The position numbers were made by a program, and so were the translations under genes. From assembly GCA_963578625.1 (NCBI GenBank), contig CAUZEO010000004.1, forward strand, positions 1 through 47,760: 47,760 bases of DNA. The letters run 5' to 3'. The stretch comes from Kiritimatiellia bacterium (GTDB taxonomy: Bacteria; Verrucomicrobiota; Kiritimatiellia; SLOV01). Under the pieces are notes generated by a model, which searched no databases, was not told the origin of the DNA, and saw only the letters and a list, made by a program, of their open reading frames with translations. This document shows, one piece after another, positions 36,356 through 45,712 of the stretch (position 1 is the stretch's first letter; each line of letters begins with the position of its first letter).

Positions 36356-37606
36356 TCAAAACCGATCCGGACAAAACGGACGTGGATCCAGAAGCGGTTT
36401 TTCACCGGAAATCAATTCGGCCACCAACTCCCCGGTCCCGGTGGAGGACGTGAGCCCCAGCATGGCGTGCCCGGCAGCGAGCACGAGATTATCGAATTTT
36501 CGAGGGCGTCCAATCATGGGTAAGCCGTCGGGCGTACAGGGACGTAGCCCGCGCCACACCTCGCTCGGTTCGGCGGTCGGCGATACATGAAGATAATCCG
36601 CCATGGCTTGGGAAATCGCCTGCACCCGCATCGGCGTAATCTGCTCGTTCATTCCCGCAAGCTCCATAGTTCCCGCACATCGGATCGATCCGTCGCGGGG
36701 TGTCACCGCAACCTTTCTTTCGACCAACAACAACGGCACATCCGGCATGTGTACCGGATCGTCGTAGATCAAGGCATAGCCTTTCCCGGCTTCGATCGGT
36801 ACGCGCAATCGAATCGTCTTCGCGATGGCTCTGGTCCACGATCCGGCCGCTAGCACAAACTCATCCGCCTCAATGCGACCTCTCGTCGTGAGCACCGCGC
36901 CAATGCGGGAGCCCTTCGATTCGATCTCGAAAACTTCCGTTTGCGGAAGAAACTCCGCGCCCAGCGCTTTTGCTTCAGCGGCCAGTGCCTCCACGAACCG
37001 GAGCGGTTCAATCTGGCCCTGCCCGGTAAAATAGACTCCGCCTTTTACGGGTCCCCGGAGTATCGGATTACGGGCCAGGAGCGCTTCTGAACTCAATTCC
37101 TCACCATCACAACCAAGATCTTTGGCAATCTCCAACTCATACAGGGAATGCTCAAGCCCGGCCGATGTCTTGCAGACGTACGTCAGTCCGCTCTTCCGAA
37201 AATCCAGAGCACCATTCGAAAGGCCCGCGACAAAGGAATCAATCAATTCCAGGCTTCGCTTTGCCAGCCCCACCAGGGGCCGCGCTCCGGATCGATACCT
37301 CGTCTCGTTTGCATTGCACAGGAAACGAACCAACCACGACGCCATGTCGATGCTCGGTCGTGGTTGAATGTACAACGGGCTGCCCCGTCGCAGCATCCAC
37401 TTGGCGGCCTGTCTCAACGCCCCTGGCGCGGGCAGCGGCATCGAGTGCGCGGGTACCAGCCAGCCGGCATTGCCATAGGAACACCCATGGCCGATGGCTC
37501 CCTTGTCGATGACAGTCGCAGAGATCCCCTTCCGGGCAAGATAGTACGCAGCGGCGCATCCGATTACGCCCCCCCCAATAATAAGAACTTTCTTCTTCTC
37601 CGCCAT
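36356..37606 (-). CDS. FAD-dependent D-amino acid dehydrogenase (DadA family)
   Basis: IIGGGVIG, CSYGNAG, LAAGSW, GKGY, WRGLRPCTPDGLP and GHAMLG. Start ATG 37606. Confidence 0.9.
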   Translation of the reverse strand: MAEKKKVLIIGGGVIGCAAAYYLARKGISATVIDKGAIGHGCSYGNAGWLVPAHSMPLPAPGALRQAAKWMLRRGSPLYIQPRPSIDMASWLVRFLCNANETRYRSGARPLVGLAKRSLELIDSFVAGLSNGALDFRKSGLTYVCKTSAGLEHSLYELEIAKDLGCDGEELSSEALLARNPILRGPVKGGVYFTGQGQIEPLRFVEALAAEAKALGAEFLPQTEVFEIESKGSRIGAVLTTRGRIEADEFVLAAGSWTRAIAKTIRLRVPIEAGKGYALIYDDPVHMPDVPLLLVERKVAVTPRDGSIRCAGTMELAGMNEQITPMRVQAISQAMADYLHVSPTAEPSEVWRGLRPCTPDGLPMIGRPRKFDNLVLAAGHAMLGLTSSTGTGELVAELISGEKPLLDPRPFCPDRF

Positions 37607-37824
37607 CGTATCAATCAGCTTGATCGAATCATGTTGTCGCAAATCACGGGCTCTTAGGCAATGAGATGTCTTGCTCCCGGTACCCGGGCTATGCCCCTTC
37701 AGGATCCTGCACTCGCGAACCAACGGATCGATCGCTTCGCGCAGAAGTGACATCTCTCGGCTTCCAGATTCCAGATCATTGCTTGCGGCGGCTTTCTCCG
37801 CCCTGGCTACCGCCAGCGTGCCGG

Positions 37825-38023
37825 TGGTAGGGCCTCGGAAAACTGGGCCATGAACTATGTTCGCCTGAGGACCTTAACCAAAGGAGTCAGACGAATGAAA
37901 GGCAAACGCCGGACGACGGAAGAAAAGATCCGCATATTGAGACAAGCGGACGGAGAACGAACGATCCTGTAACCTGGTGCCTGGACTAACATAACTACTG
38001 GACCAGTTCGGTGAGCCCGGCCA
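37825..38023 (+). mobile_element. internally deleted IS3-family element (about 200 bp)
   Basis: Imperfect TG...CA terminal IRs: tggtagggcctcggaaaactgggcca (37825-37850) vs revcomp tggccgggctcaccgaactggtcca (37999-38023). AAGGAG SD, then MKGKRRTTEEKIRILRQADGERTIL* (37895-37972), resembling an IS3 OrfA N-terminus. Confidence 0.7.
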
Positions 38024-38105
38024 ACCACATGCAACGTTGATCGGACAGATTGCCTGTTTGACTGGAGCAGTCCCGTGCGCCGCGACCGAAAAGAAATTTC
38101 TCCGG

Positions 38106-38294
38106 TCATTTGCGCAGGACACAGTGAACGTGATTTGATCCATCGCCGTCAGTGTCCGCCTCGGGGTAATCCTTGAAGCCCTTCTTCAGGCGGGCATTGT
38201 TCTCGCTGGTTCGCTGGGACCAGGCCGGCTGGGCGGCAAAGAAGACAGCCCCCAGGAATGCCGGGATACCCTCCGCGTTTACTCGTTTCATCAT
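38106..38294 (-). pseudogene. N-terminal fragment of an exported EF-hand protein
   Basis: Signal-peptide-like start, then RLKKGFKDYPEADTDGDG (EF-hand loop). Breaks off next to the IS relic. Confidence 0.4.
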
Positions 38295-38331
38295 GATTAC
38301 TTCCGATTCTGACTAAACATGATTCCTAGAG

Positions 38332-38940
38332 CTACTGCTGGCGGCCTTCAATAACTGTCAGCAGGATCCCCGCGGCCAGCGCCATGCGCGGATCAAGAAT
38401 CTCTCCGCTCCCCTGCTCAAGACGAACATTCAGCTTGAAGATAAAGGGGTTAAATCTCTGGACGTAGGTAACCGCCAGTTGTCCGTCGACCTCGAGCTGA
38501 TAGGTTTGCGGCACAAGGCCGGGGGCGGCGAACCTCGCGAAAAGCGCAAGACATCCGCTCTTCTCTTCGAGACGGGCGATGAGTTGATCGTCGTTATCGA
38601 GCATCTCCCAGGAATCCTTCAGCATGGACTTGAAGCCCTTGCGGCGAAAGGCTCCAAGCTTCTCGCCGGTGGAGCTGTCGACCACGTCATAAGCCGCCCC
38701 GAAATCGATTATGCTCCTGGCCTTTATGGTCAGGCGTTCCTCGTTCATGGACTCATCGGAGAAGACGCGGATGTCCTCCTTGAGCTTGAAGGCTTTCTGG
38801 GAGCTGAAGAGCACCAGGTTGTCCTTTGAATCGTAGACATGGAAGGACCCTCCGAATAATTTCAGTACCTTCCGGCGAATCCAGTACTGGTCATGATCAA
38901 GGTAATCCTTCACCTCGCTCTTGTCATCTGTCTCGGACAT
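38332..38940 (-). CDS. LURP-one/scramblase (Tubby-C-like) family protein
   Basis: YWIRRKVLKLFGGSFHVYD, QKAFKLKEDIRVF, IIDFGAAYDV and RRKGFKSML.DSW. AAGGAG SD. Confidence 0.7.
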   Translation of the reverse strand: MSETDDKSEVKDYLDHDQYWIRRKVLKLFGGSFHVYDSKDNLVLFSSQKAFKLKEDIRVFSDESMNEERLTIKARSIIDFGAAYDVVDSSTGEKLGAFRRKGFKSMLKDSWEMLDNDDQLIARLEEKSGCLALFARFAAPGLVPQTYQLEVDGQLAVTYVQRFNPFIFKLNVRLEQGSGEILDPRMALAAGILLTVIEGRQQ

Positions 38941-39366
38941 GTCCCGTTCTCCTTAGCTGCCGCGGTTCCTTAAATCCTTACAGACTCCAGGTTCATACCA
39001 TCGAACCTTCCGACAGTTGTTTGTTACCCGGTCACGATTTCCAAAGCAACCTGAAACCATTGCTCCCGGGCATCGGCGGTGAGTGCCGGCCCTCCGGAAT
39101 CCCGTGGGGCAAGTCGGCGATAACGGGGCCACTGCAGGTAAGGTCGGGGGAACCCGGGGACCGGGCTCGGGCCGGCGGGGATCGTGGCCCGGTGTGTGTG
39201 CGAATCGCGAATCTTTCGCGGCGCGAGCCGTAGACTTCCAGACCGCAAATGTCCGGCGGCGTCCGGTTCATAGTCCGTCGAAAACCCGCGGTGTGTGTGG
39301 TTGTATGTGTGGCGTTGCGGCGTTTTTCACCCTGTTTCACGGTGTAGCGCTATTCGAGAGCAAATG

Positions 39367-39405
39367 AAAACCCTTCAAATATCCCAGGAAATTCGAGGGG
39401 TTTTT
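39367..39405 (-). terminator. hairpin/terminator downstream of tRNA-Gly
   Basis: aaaacccttc...gaggggtttt inverted repeat 10 nt past the tRNA CCA end. Confidence 0.45.
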
Positions 39406-39415
39406 GAAGAGAAAG

Positions 39416-39490
39416 TGGAGCGGGAGACCGGACTCGAACCGGCGACGTTCAGCTTGGGAAGCTGACATTCTACCACTGAATTACTCCCGC
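39416..39490 (-). tRNA. tRNA-Gly (CCC)
   Basis: GCGGGAGTAATTCAGTGGTAGAATGTCAGCTTCCCAAGCTGAACGTCGCCGGTTCGAGTCCGGTCTCCCGCTCCA: cloverleaf, anticodon CCC, GTTCGA T-loop, encoded CCA. Confidence 0.97.
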
Positions 39491-39579
39491 ACCGGATGTT
39501 TTCGTCCACCATCCCATTGCATGCGTTGACCAGGAAGTCAACAGAAATGCCTCTCAAGGCGGGCTGTTGATGTCGCATG

Positions 39580-39916
39580 GCTTGGGGGTTCCAGCCCGAG
39601 CAGAGCAAGGGAAGATCATGAACAGGAGAATAAATGGAGCCCGCCCAACCATTCGCAATTCAGCCAATCGCTCTGTCTGTTCACTCCGGTCTCTGAAATG
39701 TCCAATATCGAATGCTGGACGCCCAATGTCCAAGTACAGAGTTTCCTCACTTCGCCACTCGATATTGAGTATTCAATATTCGACATTTCGAAACCTTCGG
39801 GACAAGAACTGCGCGCGTGCCCAGCGCCTGCTGACAGTAGCTTGGGCTTCCAGTGCAAGCTACGCAAGGGAAGTTCATGAGCAAGCGAACGGGGGTGGAG
39901 CTTGCTCTCCCCATTC
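39580..39916. repeat. two imperfect ~75-bp direct repeats, each starting with a REP-like palindrome
   Basis: 39580-39654 and 39840-39916 share gcttggg..ttccag..agc..gcaagggaagWtcatgaRca..gaa..tggagc..ccattc. Offset 260 bp. Confidence 0.7.
39695..39789. repeat. 7-bp-period palindromic array (same family as 4996-5073)
   Basis: aatgtcc-aatatcg-aatgctg-gacgccc-aatgtcc-aagt ... actt-cgccact-cgatatt-gagtatt-caatatt-cgacatt. Confidence 0.8.
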
Positions 39917-39969
39917 TCCATTCATGGTCATTCCTTGCACCGGGTCGGCCAAGGAAGGCCAACCTACCG

Positions 39970-40440
39970 TCAGGCTCTTCGGGGAGCGAGCGATAGCCGA
40001 GGTCTGCCGCGGAATAAGGTCGTCATGGAGGTAGCGAGATCACCCCAGTTATAGATGAGTTCGGCGCGTTTCAGGGCCGTGGTTTCATTGGTTGGCTTTC
40101 CACACCAGGATGGACTGAGGTGGAGTACGCGGTCACGCCAGCGCCACCCCTTCTTGTCTTCCGCACTACCGGGACCTTGCAGAATTCGCCGCTCCACCGT
40201 CTCGGCGATTTTGCTGCCTCGCCGAAGCTGAAACGCGTCATAACATCGGGAGGAGCAGAATACCTTTCCGCAATCGATACGGTCCGCGGAAACTTCTCCG
40301 CAACACGACGGGCAAAGATACGGAAAATCCTCCCATCTCTTCACCTTTCGCCTCGTATAAGGACAAACGACTCCCTCAACCTGGAATCCCTCTTTCCACA
40401 AGATCTTGTAGTCTTTCGTATGCATGGGACAAAATCCCAC
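39970..40440 (-). CDS. hypothetical Cys-rich (zinc-finger-like) protein
   Basis: CPY, CPSCC and CGKVFCSSRC (TRASH/MYM-like FCSxxC). Start uncertain (40440 or the later MHTKDY). Confidence 0.5.
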   Translation of the reverse strand: MGFCPMHTKDYKILWKEGFQVEGVVCPYTRRKVKRWEDFPYLCPSCCGEVSADRIDCGKVFCSSRCYDAFQLRRGSKIAETVERRILQGPGSAEDKKGWRWRDRVLHLSPSWCGKPTNETTALKRAELIYNWGDLATSMTTLFRGRPRLSLAPRRA

Positions 40441-40545
40441 TTGATGCAGTATGCCCTGTCAATAACTTGTGTAAAAACCTTGTAAGCCCCTCGTACCCAG
40501 GGGAATAACATCCATAAACGACTTTTTATGGGTGCCAAATCAGAA

Positions 40546-40797
40546 TTAATCCGGATGTCGGATTAGATCCGCTTCGGCTGTAGTCGCCCCGATCAGATCC
40601 GTTCCTCCACAACGGCTGCAGATGCGCACGGTGGTATCGCGGCGCCAGATGTGGTAGGCGATTCCGGGAACGATGAGGCAAAGCCAAAGGACCACCTCCA
40701 GAACATCACTTCCCTTCACCAGCAAGCGCGAACGCGTAACGATCGCGCACTTCTTACAAACCCAAAGGTCCTTCAGCGGTATTGCGCGTGATGCCAT
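40546..40797 (-). CDS. small membrane protein with split CxxC...CxxC zinc ribbon (LITAF-like architecture)
   Basis: CKKC, hydrophobic VLEVVLWLCLIVPGIAY, then CSRC. Its start overlaps the malY stop by 1 nt. Confidence 0.7.
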   Translation of the reverse strand: MASRAIPLKDLWVCKKCAIVTRSRLLVKGSDVLEVVLWLCLIVPGIAYHIWRRDTTVRICSRCGGTDLIGATTAEADLIRHPD

Positions 40798-41969
40798 CAG
40801 ATAGAATTCCCACTTTCCCCCAGTTCTCTAACCGCTTTTTCCAACCGGTAAAGACCTTTCTTCAATGTGTCGAGCGGACATCCGAAATTTAAACGGACGA
40901 ATCCACTGGAACCGAAGTCGCGCCCGTCGGAGAGCATTACCCCATGATCCATGAAATAGGAAGCAGGATCCTCTAGCCCCAGCTCACGGACGTCAAACCA
41001 GGCAAGGTAGGTAGCCTGAACCGATCCACACTTTATCTGTGGAATCCGGTCCTTTAGAAACGACAACATGTAATCGCGATTCGAACGTAGATATCCGATC
41101 AACTCCAAGCGCCACGGCTCGCCATGCCGGTACGCCGCACTACACCCCGCATACCCGAATATATTTATCTCGGTAAAGATCCCACGGACCGCCTTCTGGA
41201 ACTGCGCTCTTCGTTTCGCCCCGGGAATGATGGCATAGGCGCAGCTGAGACCGGCAATGTTGTAGGTTTTACTCGGCGACATCATGGTCACGATGTTCTG
41301 CTGTACGGCCGTATCGAGCGACGCCGCAGCGATGTGCGGAACATCGTCGAGCACCAGGTCGCAATGAATCTCGTCCGAACAGAGCACAAGGCCATTCTCC
41401 TCGCAGAATGCGGACAGCTGATCCAGTTCGTCGCGACGCCACACCCGCGCAACGGGATTGTGGGGGCTGCAGAGGATGAGCATCCGGGTCCGTGCCGTCA
41501 CGCTGGACCGCATGCGATCGAAGTCGAATGTCCAATCGTCGCCGTCCGAAATCAGCGGCACCAATTGAAGCTCGCGCCCCTGCTGCGGCGCGCAACTGAG
41601 GAACGGCGGATAGACCGGCGACGACGTCATGACCGCCTCGTCAGCCCCCGCAAAGGCACGACACGCAAGGTTCAGCGCCGGAACCATTCCGGGCGTCCAG
41701 ACAATCCACTCCGGGTCGGCAGCCAGGCCATGACGCTTCTCCAGGTACTGTACGACTGCCTCGATGACGTCCTGGTAGGGATCGGTGTACCCAAACACAC
41801 CGTGCTCGACACGTGCATGCAAAGCATCGAGAACTTCCGGCGGTGAGGCGAAATCCATGTCCGCCACCCACATCGGCAGCACGTCCCTGCCCGCGTACCG
41901 GTCCCACTTCATGCTTCCGGTGCCGCGGCGGTCTATCGCCCGGTCAAATTGAATGTCCTTTTTCGTCAT
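40797..41969 (-). CDS. MalY/PatB-family PLP-dependent cystathionine beta-lyase
   Basis: SMKWD, PMWVADMDF, HGVFGY, LCSPHNP, SDEIHCDL, SPSKTYNIAGL and RLNFGCP. Confidence 0.92.
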   Translation of the reverse strand: MTKKDIQFDRAIDRRGTGSMKWDRYAGRDVLPMWVADMDFASPPEVLDALHARVEHGVFGYTDPYQDVIEAVVQYLEKRHGLAADPEWIVWTPGMVPALNLACRAFAGADEAVMTSSPVYPPFLSCAPQQGRELQLVPLISDGDDWTFDFDRMRSSVTARTRMLILCSPHNPVARVWRRDELDQLSAFCEENGLVLCSDEIHCDLVLDDVPHIAAASLDTAVQQNIVTMMSPSKTYNIAGLSCAYAIIPGAKRRAQFQKAVRGIFTEINIFGYAGCSAAYRHGEPWRLELIGYLRSNRDYMLSFLKDRIPQIKCGSVQATYLAWFDVRELGLEDPASYFMDHGVMLSDGRDFGSSGFVRLNFGCPLDTLKKGLYRLEKAVRELGESGNSI

Positions 41970-42043
41970 GTAGGAGATTGTTGCATACTCAGCCCCGTTC
42001 GTGACAACGTCAACCCATCAGCGAAGAAGAATTGGTATGTCCT

Positions 42044-43531
42044 ATGCGTGACTTGCAAACAAATCCAGTGTGGAAAAAAGAGGACCTGGGGCACCCCATC
42101 CCGGATTCGCCCCACGCATGCTCGGTCGCGCTGCCACTGTGGGATCATGTAGTGGGGTACGAGGAGGGGCGTCCCGATATCGTGGACAAACTGCACTGCG
42201 GCTATCCCCGCTTCGTGATCCATGAAACGGTTCGAAAGCTCGTCGACTCCTGCCTCGACCGTTTCGGGACACCGGGCCAGGCCGCCCTAGCCTTCCCATC
42301 TTCAGGGTCGGCGGAGCGGTGCGCCGAATACCTGGCCAGACATGACCACATGGACGTCATTTTGCGGGATACGGAGAATCGTGGCGTTTTTGCCGTGCTA
42401 TTTCCGGAATCGGCCAGCGCGGCCGCGCATCTGTTCTGGAGATATACCGGGGAAGTCGTCAGCAGCCGCCTGGCGGCCGCCTTCTTGAGCGGAGAGTCCG
42501 AAACCGAAAGCCCCGCCGACGCGGGCGCTCAAGAAAAACGGTTGATCCGTGAACGAGTTGGCGCCTGCAGCGGTCAGGATGCATCCGATGTGTTTCTTTT
42601 CCCCAGCGGAATGGCGGCGGTTTCGACACTTCACCGCATGCTGTGCGACCTGTTTCCGGGGAGGAAGTGCGCCCAGTTCGATTTCCCCTATGTTGATGTT
42701 CTGCGCGTACAGCGAGAATGGGGCGAAGGCGTTCATTTTTTCCCTCACGCCGGCAGGGAGGATTTCAAGCGCCTGGAGAACCTGGTCCAACGGGAGCCGC
42801 TGCACGGAATTTACTGCGAACTCGCCAGCAATCCACTCCTGCGTTGTCCCGATATGCGTGCGCTCCGCGTACTGGCCGACGCACACGAAATTCCCATCAT
42901 CGCGGATGATACGATCGCCACGAACGTGAACATCGATGCTTTTCGCTTCGCGGACGTGGTTACCACGAGCCTTACGAAATACTTTTCCGGATCGAGCGAC
43001 GTGATGGCGGGTTCCCTGGTCTTGAATCGCCACTCCCCCTTTTATGGGCGGTTTTCCTCGTACCTCAATCAACACGTTGAGGATTGTTTCTGGTTCGAGG
43101 ACGCGGTCATCCTTGAGAAGAACTCGCGGGACTACGAGCAGCGGGTTCGCCGCATCAATATCTCTGGACAGAGTCTCGCGGAGTATCTTTCTCGCCACGA
43201 GAAAATAGAGGCGGTCTATTATCCTGAGTTTTCACACAAGGCCGAGTACGCGCAGGTTGCGAGAACTGGAGCAGGGTATGCGGGATTACTGTCGGTTGTA
43301 TTACGCAACGAAGCCAGAACCGCGCCCGCCTTTTATGACCGATTGCAGGTATCCAAAGGTCCCAGCCTGGGCACAAATTTCACCCTCGCATGCCCCTACA
43401 CGTTGCTTGCGCATTATCCCGAGCTGGAATGGGCTGAGTCCTGTGGTCTGTCACGGTATCTGATCAGAGTCGGTGCCGGGCTGGAAGAGCCGGATGAATT
43501 AGTGCGCCGATTTGAGGCAGCGCTGGCGTAG
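42044..43531 (+). CDS. cystathionine gamma-synthase-like PLP enzyme (long, fungal Str2-type)
   Basis: HACSVALP..GYEEG, GYPRF, LFPSGMAA, SNPLL, TSLTKYFSG.SDVMAG and KGPSLGTNFTLACPYTLLAHY.EL.WA. Confidence 0.82.
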   Translation: MRDLQTNPVWKKEDLGHPIPDSPHACSVALPLWDHVVGYEEGRPDIVDKLHCGYPRFVIHETVRKLVDSCLDRFGTPGQAALAFPSSGSAERCAEYLARHDHMDVILRDTENRGVFAVLFPESASAAAHLFWRYTGEVVSSRLAAAFLSGESETESPADAGAQEKRLIRERVGACSGQDASDVFLFPSGMAAVSTLHRMLCDLFPGRKCAQFDFPYVDVLRVQREWGEGVHFFPHAGREDFKRLENLVQREPLHGIYCELASNPLLRCPDMRALRVLADAHEIPIIADDTIATNVNIDAFRFADVVTTSLTKYFSGSSDVMAGSLVLNRHSPFYGRFSSYLNQHVEDCFWFEDAVILEKNSRDYEQRVRRINISGQSLAEYLSRHEKIEAVYYPEFSHKAEYAQVARTGAGYAGLLSVVLRNEARTAPAFYDRLQVSKGPSLGTNFTLACPYTLLAHYPELEWAESCGLSRYLIRVGAGLEEPDELVRRFEAALA

Positions 43532-43556
43532 CGGAACCCGAATGTTTTGCACGGAA

Positions 43557-43624
43557 AATGTCGAAGGTCTAATGTTCAACATCGATTGCCGAAGTGCGTG
43601 GCACGGGTATCCGACCCGTGCTAC
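43557..43624. repeat. 7-bp-period half-array followed by a GTAG-type REP palindrome
   Basis: aatgtcg-aaggtct-aatgttc-aacatcg-attgccg-aagt (43557-43595). Minus strand GTAGCACGGGTCGGATACCCGTGCCAC (43598-43624). Lies between convergent stops. Confidence 0.7.
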
Positions 43625-43627
43625 GGG

Positions 43628-44110
43628 TTAGCGCTCGAGGGTTACGAATGTAAACGCGTGCGAGTGCTTTTCATCGGAGGGCATTTCGATCCGCTCCGTC
43701 TCTGTCCACGAGGCGATTTCGAATTCCGGGAAATGAACGTCGCCGGGGATGTCCGCATGAACGAAGGTCAATTGCAAACGGTCAGCCTGGGGGAAAAAGA
43801 CTTCATATAAAGAGGCCCCTCCAATGACCATGGCTTCTTCCGCGCCTTTGCACGCCGTGAGCGCGGCTTCAGCGGAGTTGACAACGGCACCTCCTTCGGC
43901 GGCGTAGTTTTCATCGCGCGTCATCACGATGTTCTTGCGTCCGGAAAGGGGTTTTCCAATTGATTCCCAGGTTTTCCGGCCCATGATCATCGGCTTTCCC
44001 ATCGTGATCTTTTTAAACCTGCGCAAGTCCGCGGGAAGTCGCCATGGAAGCTGATTGTCCTTCCCGATCACTCCATCATCCGTCAGCGCAGCTATCAGCG
44101 TTATTCTCAT
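43628..44110 (-). CDS. folA: dihydrofolate reductase
   Basis: VIGKDNQLPWRLPADLRRFK, MGRKTWESI, LSGRKNIV, IGGA and GDVHFP. Confidence 0.95.
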   Translation of the reverse strand: MRITLIAALTDDGVIGKDNQLPWRLPADLRRFKKITMGKPMIMGRKTWESIGKPLSGRKNIVMTRDENYAAEGGAVVNSAEAALTACKGAEEAMVIGGASLYEVFFPQADRLQLTFVHADIPGDVHFPEFEIASWTETERIEMPSDEKHSHAFTFVTLER

Positions 44111-44901
44111 CAAACCGCCACTGGCGCGCGAATCGCCGGATGGCATTGATAGTCCAGGAGCTGGAAATCATCGAAAGAGTATTCGAATAGATTATCCACC
44201 TCGTTCACTTCGATGCGAGGCAGCGGAAAGGGATCCCGGCTCAGCTGCAACTCTGCCTGCTCGAAATGATTTACATAGAGATGAGCGTCGCCGATGGTGT
44301 GAACAAAGTCACCGGGCTCCAGCGAAGAAATCTTTGCGATCATCAACGTCAGCAGGGAGTAGGAAGCAATATTGAAAGGTAATCCGAGAAATACGTCCGC
44401 ACTGCGCTGATACAGCTGGCAGGACAACCGTCCGCCGGCGACGTAGAATTGAAACATGGTGTGGCAGGGAGCGAGCGCCATGCGGTCCAGGTCACCAACA
44501 TTCCAGGCACTGACAATCATTCTCCGCGAATCCGGATCGGTTCGAATCTGATCGAGGACCCGGGATATCTGATCGACCGTCCCGCCGTCCTGTGTTGTCC
44601 AGCTTCGCCACTGGTGCCCATAGACCGGGCCCAGGTTCCCATCGGCATCCGCCCACTCGTCCCAGATGCTGACACCGTGATCATGGAGATACGTCGTATT
44701 CGTGTCTCCCCGGAGAAACCAGAGCAACTCGTAAATAATAGACCGGAGGTGCAGTTTTTTAGTGGTTACCGCCGGGAATCCGTCCGATAGATCAAATCGC
44801 ATCTGATGCCCGAACAGGCTTAGCGTACCGGTTCCCGTTCTATCGTCTTTTTTCTCGCCGCGTTCCAGGACTCGGCGCATCAGGTCCAGGTAGGGTTTCA
44901 C
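44110..44901 (-). CDS. thyA: thymidylate synthase
   Basis: GTG start at 44901 (GTGA overlap). [39 protein letters not shown] and [18 protein letters not shown]. 263 aa. Confidence 0.96.
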   Translation of the reverse strand: MKPYLDLMRRVLERGEKKDDRTGTGTLSLFGHQMRFDLSDGFPAVTTKKLHLRSIIYELLWFLRGDTNTTYLHDHGVSIWDEWADADGNLGPVYGHQWRSWTTQDGGTVDQISRVLDQIRTDPDSRRMIVSAWNVGDLDRMALAPCHTMFQFYVAGGRLSCQLYQRSADVFLGLPFNIASYSLLTLMIAKISSLEPGDFVHTIGDAHLYVNHFEQAELQLSRDPFPLPRIEVNEVDNLFEYSFDDFQLLDYQCHPAIRAPVAV

Positions 44902-45707
44902 GCCCGCGGCTCCCCTGGTTCGGCAGCAAGATGGAGCATCGCGTCCATCGCCACTTCGATCGCACCGTCCATATTCCGATCGAGGGTGATGGAGTCCTGA
45001 CCCGGTCCCGGCCAGGGTGTGCGGTCGGACACGGTACAGATGCAACCTGCGCGCAGTCCATAGATGGTTGCAAGGGTCAAAATCGTGGAGGACTCCATTT
45101 CCACGTTCAGTACGCCGGCGCTTTTCATATCAGCCACCATTCCGTTCATCCAGGACTGCTGGTAGCTCCCGAAAGACATCGACCGCAATTCACCGCCCTC
45201 TCCCACGACCTTGTTTCGGGCGTAAAACCCATCAATCGACCAGGTGACGCCGGTATGAAACCGGTGCCCGGACGCCGCCGCCGCCGTCACCAGGCCCTGG
45301 ACGACTTCGAAATGTGCCGCGGCCGGGAAATCCTCCCGGACATAGCTTTTCGAGGTCCCCTCGTCTCGAACGGAGGCGGTGGTAATCACATAGTCTCCGA
45401 GTTCGACGTGGTCCGCGAGGGCGCCGCTGTTTCCGATGCGGAGGAAGGTCCTGGCGCCCAGCTTAGCCGCTTCTTCGAGGATCACCGCGGTAGAGGCGCC
45501 CCCCACTCCCGTCGATGCCGCGGACAGCGCGATCCCGTCTTTGGTTCCGGTGTGAACCACATACTCGCGAATCCGGCACACTTCTTTCACGTCATTCCAA
45601 TCCGCGGAAATCTTAGGTACGCGCTCTGGATCACCGCACAGAAACACATGAGGCGCAAAGTCGCCTTCTCCGCAGCCCGTGATCGGCTGTGCATTGATTT
45701 TTGCCAT
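44898..45707 (-). CDS. nucleoside phosphorylase (uridine phosphorylase-like, PNP_UDP_1)
   Basis: [34 protein letters not shown] and NVEMESS. Confidence 0.88.
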   Translation of the reverse strand: MAKINAQPITGCGEGDFAPHVFLCGDPERVPKISADWNDVKEVCRIREYVVHTGTKDGIALSAASTGVGGASTAVILEEAAKLGARTFLRIGNSGALADHVELGDYVITTASVRDEGTSKSYVREDFPAAAHFEVVQGLVTAAAASGHRFHTGVTWSIDGFYARNKVVGEGGELRSMSFGSYQQSWMNGMVADMKSAGVLNVEMESSTILTLATIYGLRAGCICTVSDRTPWPGPGQDSITLDRNMDGAIEVAMDAMLHLAAEPGEPRA

Positions 45708-45712
45708 ATGAA

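Noticed and set aside
39024-39367. Short ORFs downstream of tRNA-Gly as an integrase or excisionase
   Set aside because: No convincing R-H-R-H-Y tyrosine-recombinase or HTH motif in any frame.
39580-39916. Direct repeats or heptamer arrays as a CRISPR array
   Set aside because: Only two diverged copies 260 bp apart, no regular repeat-spacer pattern and no cas genes.
43628-44901. thyA/folA as phage-borne or trimethoprim-resistance (dfr) cassette
   Set aside because: No integron, attC or phage genes. It looks like a chromosomal operon.
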